Shown here piece after piece: positions 1-7,966 of a DNA stretch of 25,477 bases (the stretch's first letter is position 1; every line of letters begins with the position of its first letter). A model generated the notes under the pieces. That model made no database searches. It was not told the origin of the DNA and worked only from the letters and a program-made list of their open reading frames with translations. The DNA lies in contig CAVEYH010000001.1 of NCBI GenBank assembly GCA_963620055.1, forward strand, positions 1 to 25,477. The letters are read 5' to 3'. The stretch comes from a bacterium (lineage in GTDB: Bacteria; Bacillota; Clostridia; Christensenellales; Pumilibacteraceae). A program made the position numbers and the translations under genes.

Positions 1-25
1 TTTCCGTTCGCTTTTGCATAATACC

Positions 26-55
26 AAAAAAGAGACGAAAAAATCGCCTCTTTTT
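26..55 (-). terminator. Intrinsic terminator downstream of the GH51 gene (possibly bidirectional)
   Basis: Minus strand reads GAGGCGA-TTTTT-TCGTCTC-TTTTTT, a 7-bp stem with one G-U followed by a U-tract. A T-run also follows on the plus strand. It lies about 35 nt after the abfA stop. Confidence 0.8.
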
Positions 56-89
56 CTTGTTTTGTATTTTTATTCAATATAATGCATAT

Positions 90-1574
90 TTATACTTTCT
101 CGAGCTCAAATACGGTAAACGAACGCGGTAAAAGCACGGCTTCTCTATCGGTAGGCACGTCCTTAATCGTGACACGCTCGTCGCCGAAAGAGTTGGTTTC
201 GTTCATGTTGTCGGACACCATAACCTTACGCGCGGTCTCTTTGTATTTGTCGAATCCGTACAATTTAAGATCGAGTTTTACTTTGTCTTTACCGCTTCTG
301 TTTACCGCATAAACATACAGTTTATCGTCTTTGCCTGCCACCAAAACGTCCGCAATCGGCACGTCTTTATGTGCGGATGTGTCATATGTCGGGCAATCGA
401 TCTTCACATTGTACACGGTCCCGCCCTTAATAGCGGACATAGCGCGGAACGGGAAGTATATTGTCTGACGGAACGATTTTCCGCCCGTTTCCGTCATGAC
501 CAGTCCGATTACATTCACCAGCTGGGCAAGGCACGCGATTTTTACTCTGTCAACATGACGTAAAATTGTCATCATCATGAGCGCAGTAACCAGTGAATCT
601 TCGAACGTGTAAATATCCTCTAATTGCGGAGATGCGATTTGCCACTTCGCCAGCTCGGCATCACTCTGGTTGCTGTGGTACCATACGTTCCACTCGTCGA
701 ACGAGAGATTGATCGTCTTTTCTTTGCGCTTTCTCGCCTTGACCGCATCACAACATGCGATAACTTCACCGATAAACTTTTCCATGTCAATCGGTTTTGC
801 CAAAAAGTCGTCGGTATCGCCTTCGTTATTACCATAATAGGTGTGTAGTGAAATATAATCCGTTTCGTCGTACGCAAGATCAAGCACGGTCTCTTCCCAT
901 TCGCCGAACGTAGACATTGCTCTGGCGGAACTACCGCAAGCAACTAGTTCAATGCTCGGATCGACCATTTTCATTAGCTTCCCTGCCTCGCATGCGATTC
1001 TGCCGTACTCTTCCGCGGTCTTGTGACCGATCTGCCATGACCCGTCCATCTCGTTACCGAGACACCATAGTTTTACTCCGTATGGCTCTTTGTGACCGTT
1101 TTCGGCGCGCAAATCGGAATAATAACTTCCGGTTTCGCTGTTGCAATATTCAACAAGATTTTTCGCACTTTCGGGCGTACCGGTACCCAAGTTGACGGAC
1201 ATCATCGGCGAGACTCCGCATTTCAAAGCCCACTTCATAAATTCGTCCGTGCCAAAAGTATTCGGCTCTATCCCGAACCAAGCAAGTTCGCGCCGTGGCT
1301 TCCTATTCTCTTTTGGACCGATGCCGTCCTCCCAGTTGTAACCTGACACGAAGTTTCCGCCCGGATATCTCACAACGGACACCCCGAGGTCTTTTGCATA
1401 GTCAATGACGTCGTTACGGAATCCGTCTTCATCTGCGCACGGTGCAGATTCGTCATACAATCCGCCATACACCGCACGTCCCATATGTTCGACAAACGAT
1501 CCGAACACACGCTCATCGACTTTGCCCACCTCAAAATCCTTACATGCGATTACTTTTACTTTTTTCATCATCAT
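90..1574 (-). CDS. abfA: Alpha-L-arabinofuranosidase, glycoside hydrolase family 51 (cytoplasmic)
   Basis: Contains the GH51 motifs FGSFVEHMGRAVYGG, RYPGGNFVSGYNWEDGIGP, WCLGNEMDG (acid/base Glu), SFDEWNVW (nucleophile Glu) and AQLVNVI. No signal peptide. RBS GAGGAG at 1578-1583; the true start may be the second or third ATG (1571 or 1568). Confidence 0.93.
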   Translation of the reverse strand: MMMKKVKVIACKDFEVGKVDERVFGSFVEHMGRAVYGGLYDESAPCADEDGFRNDVIDYAKDLGVSVVRYPGGNFVSGYNWEDGIGPKENRKPRRELAWFGIEPNTFGTDEFMKWALKCGVSPMMSVNLGTGTPESAKNLVEYCNSETGSYYSDLRAENGHKEPYGVKLWCLGNEMDGSWQIGHKTAEEYGRIACEAGKLMKMVDPSIELVACGSSARAMSTFGEWEETVLDLAYDETDYISLHTYYGNNEGDTDDFLAKPIDMEKFIGEVIACCDAVKARKRKEKTINLSFDEWNVWYHSNQSDAELAKWQIASPQLEDIYTFEDSLVTALMMMTILRHVDRVKIACLAQLVNVIGLVMTETGGKSFRQTIYFPFRAMSAIKGGTVYNVKIDCPTYDTSAHKDVPIADVLVAGKDDKLYVYAVNRSGKDKVKLDLKLYGFDKYKETARKVMVSDNMNETNSFGDERVTIKDVPTDREAVLLPRSFTVFELEKV

Positions 1575-1610
1575 TCTCTCCTCTTATTTTAACGATAAAA
1601 AACCGTCTTT

Positions 1611-3584
1611 TTATTCAAGCTCGAATGCACCGGTGTACAGTTGATAGTACTTTCCGCGCTCGGCTATAAGTTGATCATGCGAGCCGCGCTCGATAACCTT
1701 GCCGAGTTCAAGCACCATGATCACGTCCGAATTCTGCACGGTCGACAGACGGTGCGCAATGACGAAAACCGTCCTACCTTCCATAAGTCTGTCCGTACCC
1801 TTTTGAACAAGCGCCTCCGTTCTCGTATCGATAGACGAAGTAGCTTCGTCCATTATCATGACGGGCGCATCCTTGACTGCGGCACGTGCGATAGACAGCA
1901 ACTGTCTTTGTCCCTGCGAGAGGTTGGCTCCGTCCGAAGTCAACATGGTGTTATAGCCGTCCGGCAAACGCCTGATAAAATCGTCCGCATACGCAAGTTT
2001 TGCGGCTTCGATACATTCTTCGTCCGTAGCCGACAATCTGCCATATCTAATGTTTTCCATTACGGTGCCGGTAAACAAGTTTGTATCCTGCAAAACTATA
2101 CCCAAAGAACGTCTAAGATCCGCTTTCTTGATCTTGTTAATGTTTATTCCGTCGTACCTGATCTTGCCGTCCGCTATATCGTAGAAACGGTTGATTAGGT
2201 TGGTAATCGTCGTCTTGCCGGCACCCGTTGCACCGACAAACGCGACTTTTTGACCGGGGTGAGCATACAGTGACACATCGTGCAATACGATCTTATCGGG
2301 TATATAACCGAAGTCGACGTCGTACATCTGTATATCGCCTTTTAGCTCCGTATAAGTGACCTCACCGTCCACCTTATGGGGATGCTTCCATGCCCAATGT
2401 CCGGTACGCTCCTCACATTCGGTGATCGTGCCGTCATCGGCAATTTTGCATCTAACCAGCGTTACATAGCCGTCGTCCGTTTCGGGTTCTTCGTCGGTCA
2501 TTGCAAAAATCCTCGATGCACCGGCAAGTCCCATTACAACGGAGTTAAGCTGTTGCGACATTTGCGAAATGAGGTTCGTGAACTGCCTGCTTATCGGAAG
2601 AAACGAGATAATAATTCCTAAAAACTCCGCCGGGTTAAACTCTTGGAATCCGGTGATCGTAAGGTTTCTTACACTCGACACGAGTAGCAATCCGCCAACA
2701 AACGCAACTAAGACATACAATAAGTTACCGAGATTTCCGAGAATAGGCATCAATACGTTAGCAAACGAGTGCGCACTCGTAGCGTCGGCACACAATTTAT
2801 CGTTTTTCTCGTCGAATCCTTTTTTAGATTGTTCTTCGTGACAGAAAACTTTGATAACCTTCTGCCCTTGCATCATCTCTTGAACGTAGCCTTCCTCGGC
2901 GCCCAAGGACATCTGCTGTTGCATAAAGAATTTTGCACTCTTTCCGCCTATGTTCTTTGTGACAAACATCATTAAAAACACGCCTGCAAAAATTACGAGC
3001 GACAGCCAAATGCTGAAATTAAACATGATGACGAGTAGTGTTACCAGACTGACCGTAGACGACAGAATCGACGGCAAACTTTGCGACACCAACTGACGAA
3101 GCGCGTCCGTATCGTTGGTGTATGCGCTCATTATATCGCCGGTCTTGTGCGTATCGAAGAAGCGTATCGGATATGACTGCATTTTGTTAAACATATCCGT
3201 TCTCATTTGGTGTAAGAATTTTTGCGTGAGCGTAGCCATAAGTCTATTGTACACAAACGAACAAATCGTGCTGACCGCATAGACAATAGCCATTGTCGCG
3301 ATTATTTTTATTAAAGCCGGGAAAACGTATTGCGTCCATACGTTGAGCATGTCCGAATCGGTCGCACCGTTCGGAATAAGGTTTAGCCCTTCACCTAAAA
3401 TCGAATAGACTTTGTTTAGGAATACCGACGACAAGACACCGGATATTGCCGTGACTATAATACATACCACAATGATCGACAGTAACACTTTGTTCTTTTG
3501 GAGCAAGAGCTTAATCAGTCTGCCCATCGTACCTTTCTTTGCTTTTTCGGGAGCGCCATTCATTGGCTTTGGACGTTTCGGCAT
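1611..3584 (-). CDS. ABC exporter TMD-NBD half-transporter carrying the catalytic Glu and His (TM288-like)
   Basis: N-terminal multi-TM domain, Walker A GATGAGKT, signature LSQGQ, Walker B MIMDEATS and H-loop IAHR. Confidence 0.93.
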   Translation of the reverse strand: MPKRPKPMNGAPEKAKKGTMGRLIKLLLQKNKVLLSIIVVCIIVTAISGVLSSVFLNKVYSILGEGLNLIPNGATDSDMLNVWTQYVFPALIKIIATMAIVYAVSTICSFVYNRLMATLTQKFLHQMRTDMFNKMQSYPIRFFDTHKTGDIMSAYTNDTDALRQLVSQSLPSILSSTVSLVTLLVIMFNFSIWLSLVIFAGVFLMMFVTKNIGGKSAKFFMQQQMSLGAEEGYVQEMMQGQKVIKVFCHEEQSKKGFDEKNDKLCADATSAHSFANVLMPILGNLGNLLYVLVAFVGGLLLVSSVRNLTITGFQEFNPAEFLGIIISFLPISRQFTNLISQMSQQLNSVVMGLAGASRIFAMTDEEPETDDGYVTLVRCKIADDGTITECEERTGHWAWKHPHKVDGEVTYTELKGDIQMYDVDFGYIPDKIVLHDVSLYAHPGQKVAFVGATGAGKTTITNLINRFYDIADGKIRYDGININKIKKADLRRSLGIVLQDTNLFTGTVMENIRYGRLSATDEECIEAAKLAYADDFIRRLPDGYNTMLTSDGANLSQGQRQLLSIARAAVKDAPVMIMDEATSSIDTRTEALVQKGTDRLMEGRTVFVIAHRLSTVQNSDVIMVLELGKVIERGSHDQLIAERGKYYQLYTGAFELE

Positions 3585-3585
3585 A

Positions 3586-5379
3586 TTATTTCTCCTCCCT
3601 GTTCTGTGAATAGTAGAGTTCTTTGTAAATTTCGTTATCTTTCAATAGCGTTTCGTGATTGCCTATAGCGGAGATCGAACCGTTCTCCATGATGATAATC
3701 TTGTCGGCATCTTGAACGGACGCTATACGCTGAGCGATAATGATCTTTGTCGTATCGGGAATATAATCTTTGAACGCTTTTCTGATGAGCGCATCGGTTT
3801 TTGTATCGACTGCCGACGTAGAGTCGTCCAAAATAAGTATTTTCGGATTCTTGAGCAATGCTCTTGCGATGCAAAGTCTTTGCTTTTGTCCGCCCGAAAC
3901 GTTGACACCGCCTTGTTCGATGTACGAATCGTACTTGTCGGGAAAACGCTGAATAAATTCGTCCGCCTGAGCAAGTTTTGCGGCGGTCAACACTTCTTCG
4001 TCCGTTGCGTTCTCATTGCCCCAGCGGAGGTTTTCGGCGATCGTACCGGAGAACAACACGTTCTTTTGCAATACCACCGAAACGGCGTTTCTCAATGCTT
4101 CGACGTCATAATTCCTGACGTCCACTCCGCCGACTTTTACGTCACCGAACGACACATCATACAGACGCGGAATCAAATTGACAAACGACGACTTGCCCGA
4201 ACCTGTCGCTCCGATAATGCCAACGGTTTCACCGCTCTTTATGCTGACATTGATATTTTCCAGTGCATAACGCTCGGCTTTTTCGGAATATTTGAAACAA
4301 ACGTCGTTAAACTCGATACTACCGTCTTTTATCTCGGTAATCGCATTTTCGGGTGACGTGATCGTACTCTTCTCTCTCAATACTTCCGCAATACGTTCTG
4401 CCGATGCTGTACTCATTATGACCATGACCATTATCATGGAAACCATCATAAGACTGGACAAGATTTGGAACGAATAGGTCATAAAGCTCTGTAATTCGGT
4501 GATCTTTAGCACACTACCACCTTTTTTAATGATGATTGCAGAACCTACAAGGTATATTGCGATAAGCCCGATATACACGCAAAAATTCATGAGCGGCATA
4601 TTCCAAGCAACGATTTTTTCCGCCTTGGTAAAATCACGTCTTACATTATCGGATGCCTTGTAAAACTTCTCTTTTTCGTAGTCCTCTCTGACGTAAGATT
4701 TTACGACACGCATAGCCCTGACGTTCTCTTCGACAGACTCGTTCATTGCATCGTACTTTCTGAATATTCTGTTGAAAAACGGTATGGCCTTCCTCATTAT
4801 TATGACTAGGCCCACAATAAGTATAGGAGCGGTACATAAGAAAATAAGTGCCATTTTAACGTTTATCACGAATGCCATGATTATAGAGAATATCAACATG
4901 AACGGAGAACGCACTGCCGTACGTATTATCATCATGTACGCCATCTCTACGTTGGTTACGTCGGTTGTAAGTCTCGTTACGAGCGAAGACGAAGAAAATT
5001 TGTCGATATTCGCAAACGAAAAATCTTGTATGCTGTAATACATGTCTTTTCTCAAATTCTTTGCAAAACCGCTAGACGCCTTCGCACAGAAGAGCCCCGA
5101 CAACGATCCGCATGTGAGTGAACCGAGCGCAAGTGCGATCAACACTCCGCCGTACTTTAATATTTCGGTTAAAATGTCTTCGGCATGTCCCGCACTCCCG
5201 ACTTGTTCGATCTTATCGAGCAAAAGTGTCATGACGTACGGAATCAAAACTTCCAACACAACTTCCATTGCTACGAATATAGGTGCCAATATCGAGTCTT
5301 TTTTGTATTCTCTTACCGATTTTTTTAGCACCATTGCATCGGCGATAAGACCTCGTGTCTTGTCTTTTAGCTTTTTCAT
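3586..5379 (-). CDS. ABC exporter TMD-NBD half-transporter with degenerate Walker B and H-loop (TM287-like)
   Basis: Walker A GATGSGKS, signature VSGGQ, Walker B ILILDDSTS (D replaces the catalytic E) and switch IIAQR (Q replaces H). Only 1 nt separates it from the partner gene, consistent with a heterodimer. Confidence 0.93.
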   Translation of the reverse strand: MKKLKDKTRGLIADAMVLKKSVREYKKDSILAPIFVAMEVVLEVLIPYVMTLLLDKIEQVGSAGHAEDILTEILKYGGVLIALALGSLTCGSLSGLFCAKASSGFAKNLRKDMYYSIQDFSFANIDKFSSSSLVTRLTTDVTNVEMAYMMIIRTAVRSPFMLIFSIIMAFVINVKMALIFLCTAPILIVGLVIIMRKAIPFFNRIFRKYDAMNESVEENVRAMRVVKSYVREDYEKEKFYKASDNVRRDFTKAEKIVAWNMPLMNFCVYIGLIAIYLVGSAIIIKKGGSVLKITELQSFMTYSFQILSSLMMVSMIMVMVIMSTASAERIAEVLREKSTITSPENAITEIKDGSIEFNDVCFKYSEKAERYALENINVSIKSGETVGIIGATGSGKSSFVNLIPRLYDVSFGDVKVGGVDVRNYDVEALRNAVSVVLQKNVLFSGTIAENLRWGNENATDEEVLTAAKLAQADEFIQRFPDKYDSYIEQGGVNVSGGQKQRLCIARALLKNPKILILDDSTSAVDTKTDALIRKAFKDYIPDTTKIIIAQRIASVQDADKIIIMENGSISAIGNHETLLKDNEIYKELYYSQNREEK

Positions 5380-6005
5380 TTTGTCTCCTTCCTAAAAATC
5401 TCTATGATGTAATCTACGTCGGGTAAAATCATTCTTTCTTTTATATCTTTTGGCGCGATAACATAACCGAGCGTCGCACCTTGCATTATCGAAAAGAACA
5501 GTCTTGCACTCTCTTTTGCCGTATGCTTGTCGCTAAAATAGCCTGCTTTTTGTCCGTCGGCAAACAGTTTTTCCAGTCTCACGATAGGCGGATCGTGCTT
5601 CTCTTCGCACTTTGGCGGAGGCGGAAGCGTATTACTGTTCCCCGTAAAGCACATGGACACAAAAAAGTAATAAAAATACGCAAAATTTTCGTCGTTTTTT
5701 AGCTTATAGAACATGTCCTCGATAAGTATTCGCAACTTTTCGTTGTAATCGTGCTGAGCATCTATCGTCTTTAATAGCTCGTCGTCCGATTTTTCATGCT
5801 CTATCCGCATCGTTTCTCTAAAAACTTCTTGCTTGCTGTTAAAGTAATGATAAAAAAGCCCGTGACTACATCCCGCCTTTTTTACGATATCTTCTATCGT
5901 GGCGGAATCATAGCCCTTTTCACAGAACACTCTCAGCCCCGCAAGAGCAATTTCTCTCTTTCTCGATTCTTTTACGCTACTCGGCGTATTCATTTTTTCG
6001 TCCAT
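5376..6005 (-). CDS. TetR/AcrR-family transcriptional regulator
   Basis: N-terminal HTH (FCEKGYDSATIEDIVKKAGCSHGLFYHYFNSKQE). Its stop overlaps the ABC gene start by 4 nt (ATGA). Confidence 0.92.
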   Translation of the reverse strand: MDEKMNTPSSVKESRKREIALAGLRVFCEKGYDSATIEDIVKKAGCSHGLFYHYFNSKQEVFRETMRIEHEKSDDELLKTIDAQHDYNEKLRILIEDMFYKLKNDENFAYFYYFFVSMCFTGNSNTLPPPPKCEEKHDPPIVRLEKLFADGQKAGYFSDKHTAKESARLFFSIMQGATLGYVIAPKDIKERMILPDVDYIIEIFRKETK

Positions 6006-6021
6006 TGTTTTTTACCCGTGA

Positions 6022-6037
6022 TTGACATAAAAGTCAA
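6022..6037. promoter_or_regulatory. Palindromic operator O1, TTGAC-ATAAAA-GTCAA (likely TetR site)
   Basis: Inverted repeat lying over the predicted transcription start of the tetR promoter. A near-identical copy is at 6103-6118. Confidence 0.75.
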
Positions 6038-6044
6038 CTATGGT

Positions 6045-6073
6045 ATTATACGACTATAAAATTGATATGTCAA
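6045..6073 (-). promoter_or_regulatory. SigmaA promoter of the tetR-ABC operon
   Basis: Perfect consensus on the minus strand: TTGACA (6068-6073), 17 nt, TATAAT (6045-6050). Confidence 0.85.
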
Positions 6074-6102
6074 ACAATTATGCGCACTAAAAATTAAAAA
6101 TA

Positions 6103-6118
6103 TTGACACAAAAGTCAA
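6103..6118. promoter_or_regulatory. Palindromic operator O2, TTGAC-ACAAAA-GTCAA
   Basis: With flanks it is 17/18 identical to O1 (ATTGACAYAAAAGTCAAC) and lies 81 bp from it. Confidence 0.7.
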
Positions 6119-6344
6119 CACATTTTTCACATTCGCCGACATGCTTTCACATAAAAATTCTAACGATAAAAATAACTCGATTTTGTGTTTCTTGTTATCT
6201 TTTCACGGCGTTGTTTTTTTTGTTGCCGGTTTCTCTTTTCGGCGTGATTTTGCTTTTCTAGTTGTTTCCGCTTCTCATTGCGTTTTCCTATTTTTGCCGT
6301 TATAAAAAATAAATTGCGACACCCATAGATCGAACATAATTTAC

Positions 6345-6386
6345 AAATAAAAACGCAAGCCGAATTCTTTTTTACTCGGCTCGCGC
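6345..6386 (-). terminator. Intrinsic terminator after the 3-TM protein gene
   Basis: Minus strand reads GCGCGAGCCGAGT-loop-ATTCGGCTTGCGT-TTTTATTT, a 13-bp stem with G-U pairs followed by a U-tract. Confidence 0.82.
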
Positions 6387-6420
6387 ATTTAACGTCATAT
6401 AAAATTGTCGGTTAGGCTAT

Positions 6421-6753
6421 TTATCCTATATAAAGATAGGCAATAAGTGCGATTGCCGTAACGAACAGTGCGATTACCACCGCAAGCACGACCCAAGCCG
6501 TGATTTTGTATGGCTTGATATCGCATTTTAGAAACTTTGACACGCAAGCGAGCGAGATGACTCCGGTAACAAGTTGCCCCGTATAGAGCAACAATGCAAG
6601 CGGAATGACAAAGATGAGTGCAACCCATTCTCCGTTGCTTTCCCCGGAATTTGAGCTTGCCATCGTCAAAAATAATATCAACGTTGCCGCGACAAAGCAC
6701 ACTGCCGACACTCCGGCAAATATCGAACCAGTAATAAGTCTGCTCTTATTCAT
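6421..6753 (-). CDS. Small hypothetical membrane protein (about 3 TM helices)
   Basis: 110 aa with three long hydrophobic stretches. RBS GAGGTG lies just upstream of the ATG. It begins 23 nt after the upstream stop. Confidence 0.75.
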   Translation of the reverse strand: MNKSRLITGSIFAGVSAVCFVAATLILFLTMASSNSGESNGEWVALIFVIPLALLLYTGQLVTGVISLACVSKFLKCDIKPYKITAWVVLAVVIALFVTAIALIAYLYIG

Positions 6754-6776
6754 ATTTTCACCTCTATAAAATTTTT

Positions 6777-7838
6777 TTAGCGATTGTTGTTCTTGTATTC
6801 GGAAGACAATAATATCGGTCCGTTGTCTGTAATCTTGTAAAATTCGAGACGATCCGAGTATTCGTAGATCAGCATGTTGGGATCCATGCGAGTGCGGAAA
6901 ATCGCAGGCTTTTCGGGTACGGCACTCGGAAAAACAATACTGTCGCCTCCGCTCCCGCGCGAATAGCTCTGCCTCGAAAAATCTCCGAATCCGCTACCGT
7001 CAAAACCACTACGTGAAAAATCACTGCCACCGTCGCGATTAAAACCGTTATCGCTACTACTATTAAAACCGTCTCGGCTAAATCCGCTATCGCTACTACT
7101 ATTAAAACCGTCGCGATTAAAACCGTTATCGCTACTACTATTAAAACCGTCTCGGCCAAATCCGTTACTGCCGTTATTGCGTGAAAAATCGTTGTTTACA
7201 AATGAATCGGTATTACGATTATTCGCAGCATCGCGCTCGGGATAATAACTGAAGAATCCCGGATCTCCGCCGGTATATTCATGTCTCTGCGGTCCGCGAT
7301 CGATATTGTATCCGTAAAATTGTGACGTGGCAGAAGTGCTTGTTTCACTCCCGTTTGTATTGTTTCCGAAATTCCCGTTCTGCGGTTGTTGAGATTGCTG
7401 TTGATTATACGGCTGTTGCGCATACGGTTGATTATTCGGTTGTTGAGATTGTTGAGGTTGTTGAGATTGTGGCTGATCTTGCGGAGCGGAACGAGTTATA
7501 GTCGGAGTCGAATTGTCTCCGTCCACACCCGCAATAAACTGTGCCTTGTCACGATTCGTGTTCATCTCTTTCGCATAGCTCGACGATCTTCCTTTTTCCA
7601 CTTTGTTCTTTCCTATACGGCGGGCAAAGTTTGTACATGCAAACGCTATTGCAAGCACGAGCGTAACGCAAAGTCCGATAACGTATATTCCCCACACCGA
7701 CGAAAATGCCGTACGTGTAACGGCTACCACGATCACGAACAACAGCGAATAAGCCACGGGTACCCACAGCCACAGCTTGAACAATAAAAATTTTAATATT
7801 CTCAGTACGACGTTGCCCGACGAAACGGAACCTTCCAT
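6777..7838 (-). CDS. Hypothetical membrane-anchored protein with a long Q/P/N- and G/F/N/S/R/D-rich low-complexity region and a small C-terminal domain
   Basis: The ORF track start (7952) has no RBS. AAGGAG lies 9 nt before the ATG at 7838 (MEGSVSSG), giving 353 aa. Two N-terminal TM segments, an in-frame 13-aa tandem repeat and a compact C-terminus (PAIFRTRMDPNMLIYEYSDRLEFYK). Confidence 0.8.
   Translation of the reverse strand: MEGSVSSGNVVLRILKFLLFKLWLWVPVAYSLLFVIVVAVTRTAFSSVWGIYVIGLCVTLVLAIAFACTNFARRIGKNKVEKGRSSSYAKEMNTNRDKAQFIAGVDGDNSTPTITRSAPQDQPQSQQPQQSQQPNNQPYAQQPYNQQQSQQPQNGNFGNNTNGSETSTSATSQFYGYNIDRGPQRHEYTGGDPGFFSYYPERDAANNRNTDSFVNNDFSRNNGSNGFGRDGFNSSSDNGFNRDGFNSSSDSGFSRDGFNSSSDNGFNRDGGSDFSRSGFDGSGFGDFSRQSYSRGSGGDSIVFPSAVPEKPAIFRTRMDPNMLIYEYSDRLEFYKITDNGPILLSSEYKNNNR
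7029..7164 (-). repeat. Intragenic tandem repeat with a 39-nt unit and 78-nt higher-order period (encodes xGFxRDGFNSSSD)
   Basis: The 50-nt block ACCGTCGCGATTAAAACCGTTATCGCTACTACTATTAAAACCGTCTCGGC is identical at 7029-7078 and 7107-7156. TATCGCTACTACTATTAAAACCGTC recurs every 39 nt. Confidence 0.92.
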
Positions 7839-7966
7839 TCGCTTGCACTCCTTTTGTTTAACGCCCGAGGGGGGCGAAATGTCACACTCGGGCGTTATAA
7901 CTTCTACTAATAATTGTTTTGTGTAATGACTCGCATGTGTCTGCTTACGCAAAACACACGGCTAGA

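Noticed and set aside
6180..6300. Strongly T-rich plus strand that reads as a Lys/Arg-rich peptide on the minus strand
   Set aside because: The open frame has no start codon or RBS, and the ATG-initiated frames are 20 codons or fewer.
6869..7159. Alternative-frame ORF encoding hydrophobic repeats (AETVLIVVAITVLIATV)
   Set aside because: It is a by-product of the tandem repeat in another frame, has no RBS, and lies wholly inside the longer gene.
7029..7164. Regular repeats resembling a CRISPR array
   Set aside because: Units are contiguous multiples of 3 nt within an ORF, there are no unique spacers, and no cas genes are present.
7839..7952. N-terminal 38 codons of the 391-aa ORF in the track
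   Set aside because: No RBS at that start, and the segment spans two hairpins. A strong AAGGAG precedes the ATG at 7838.
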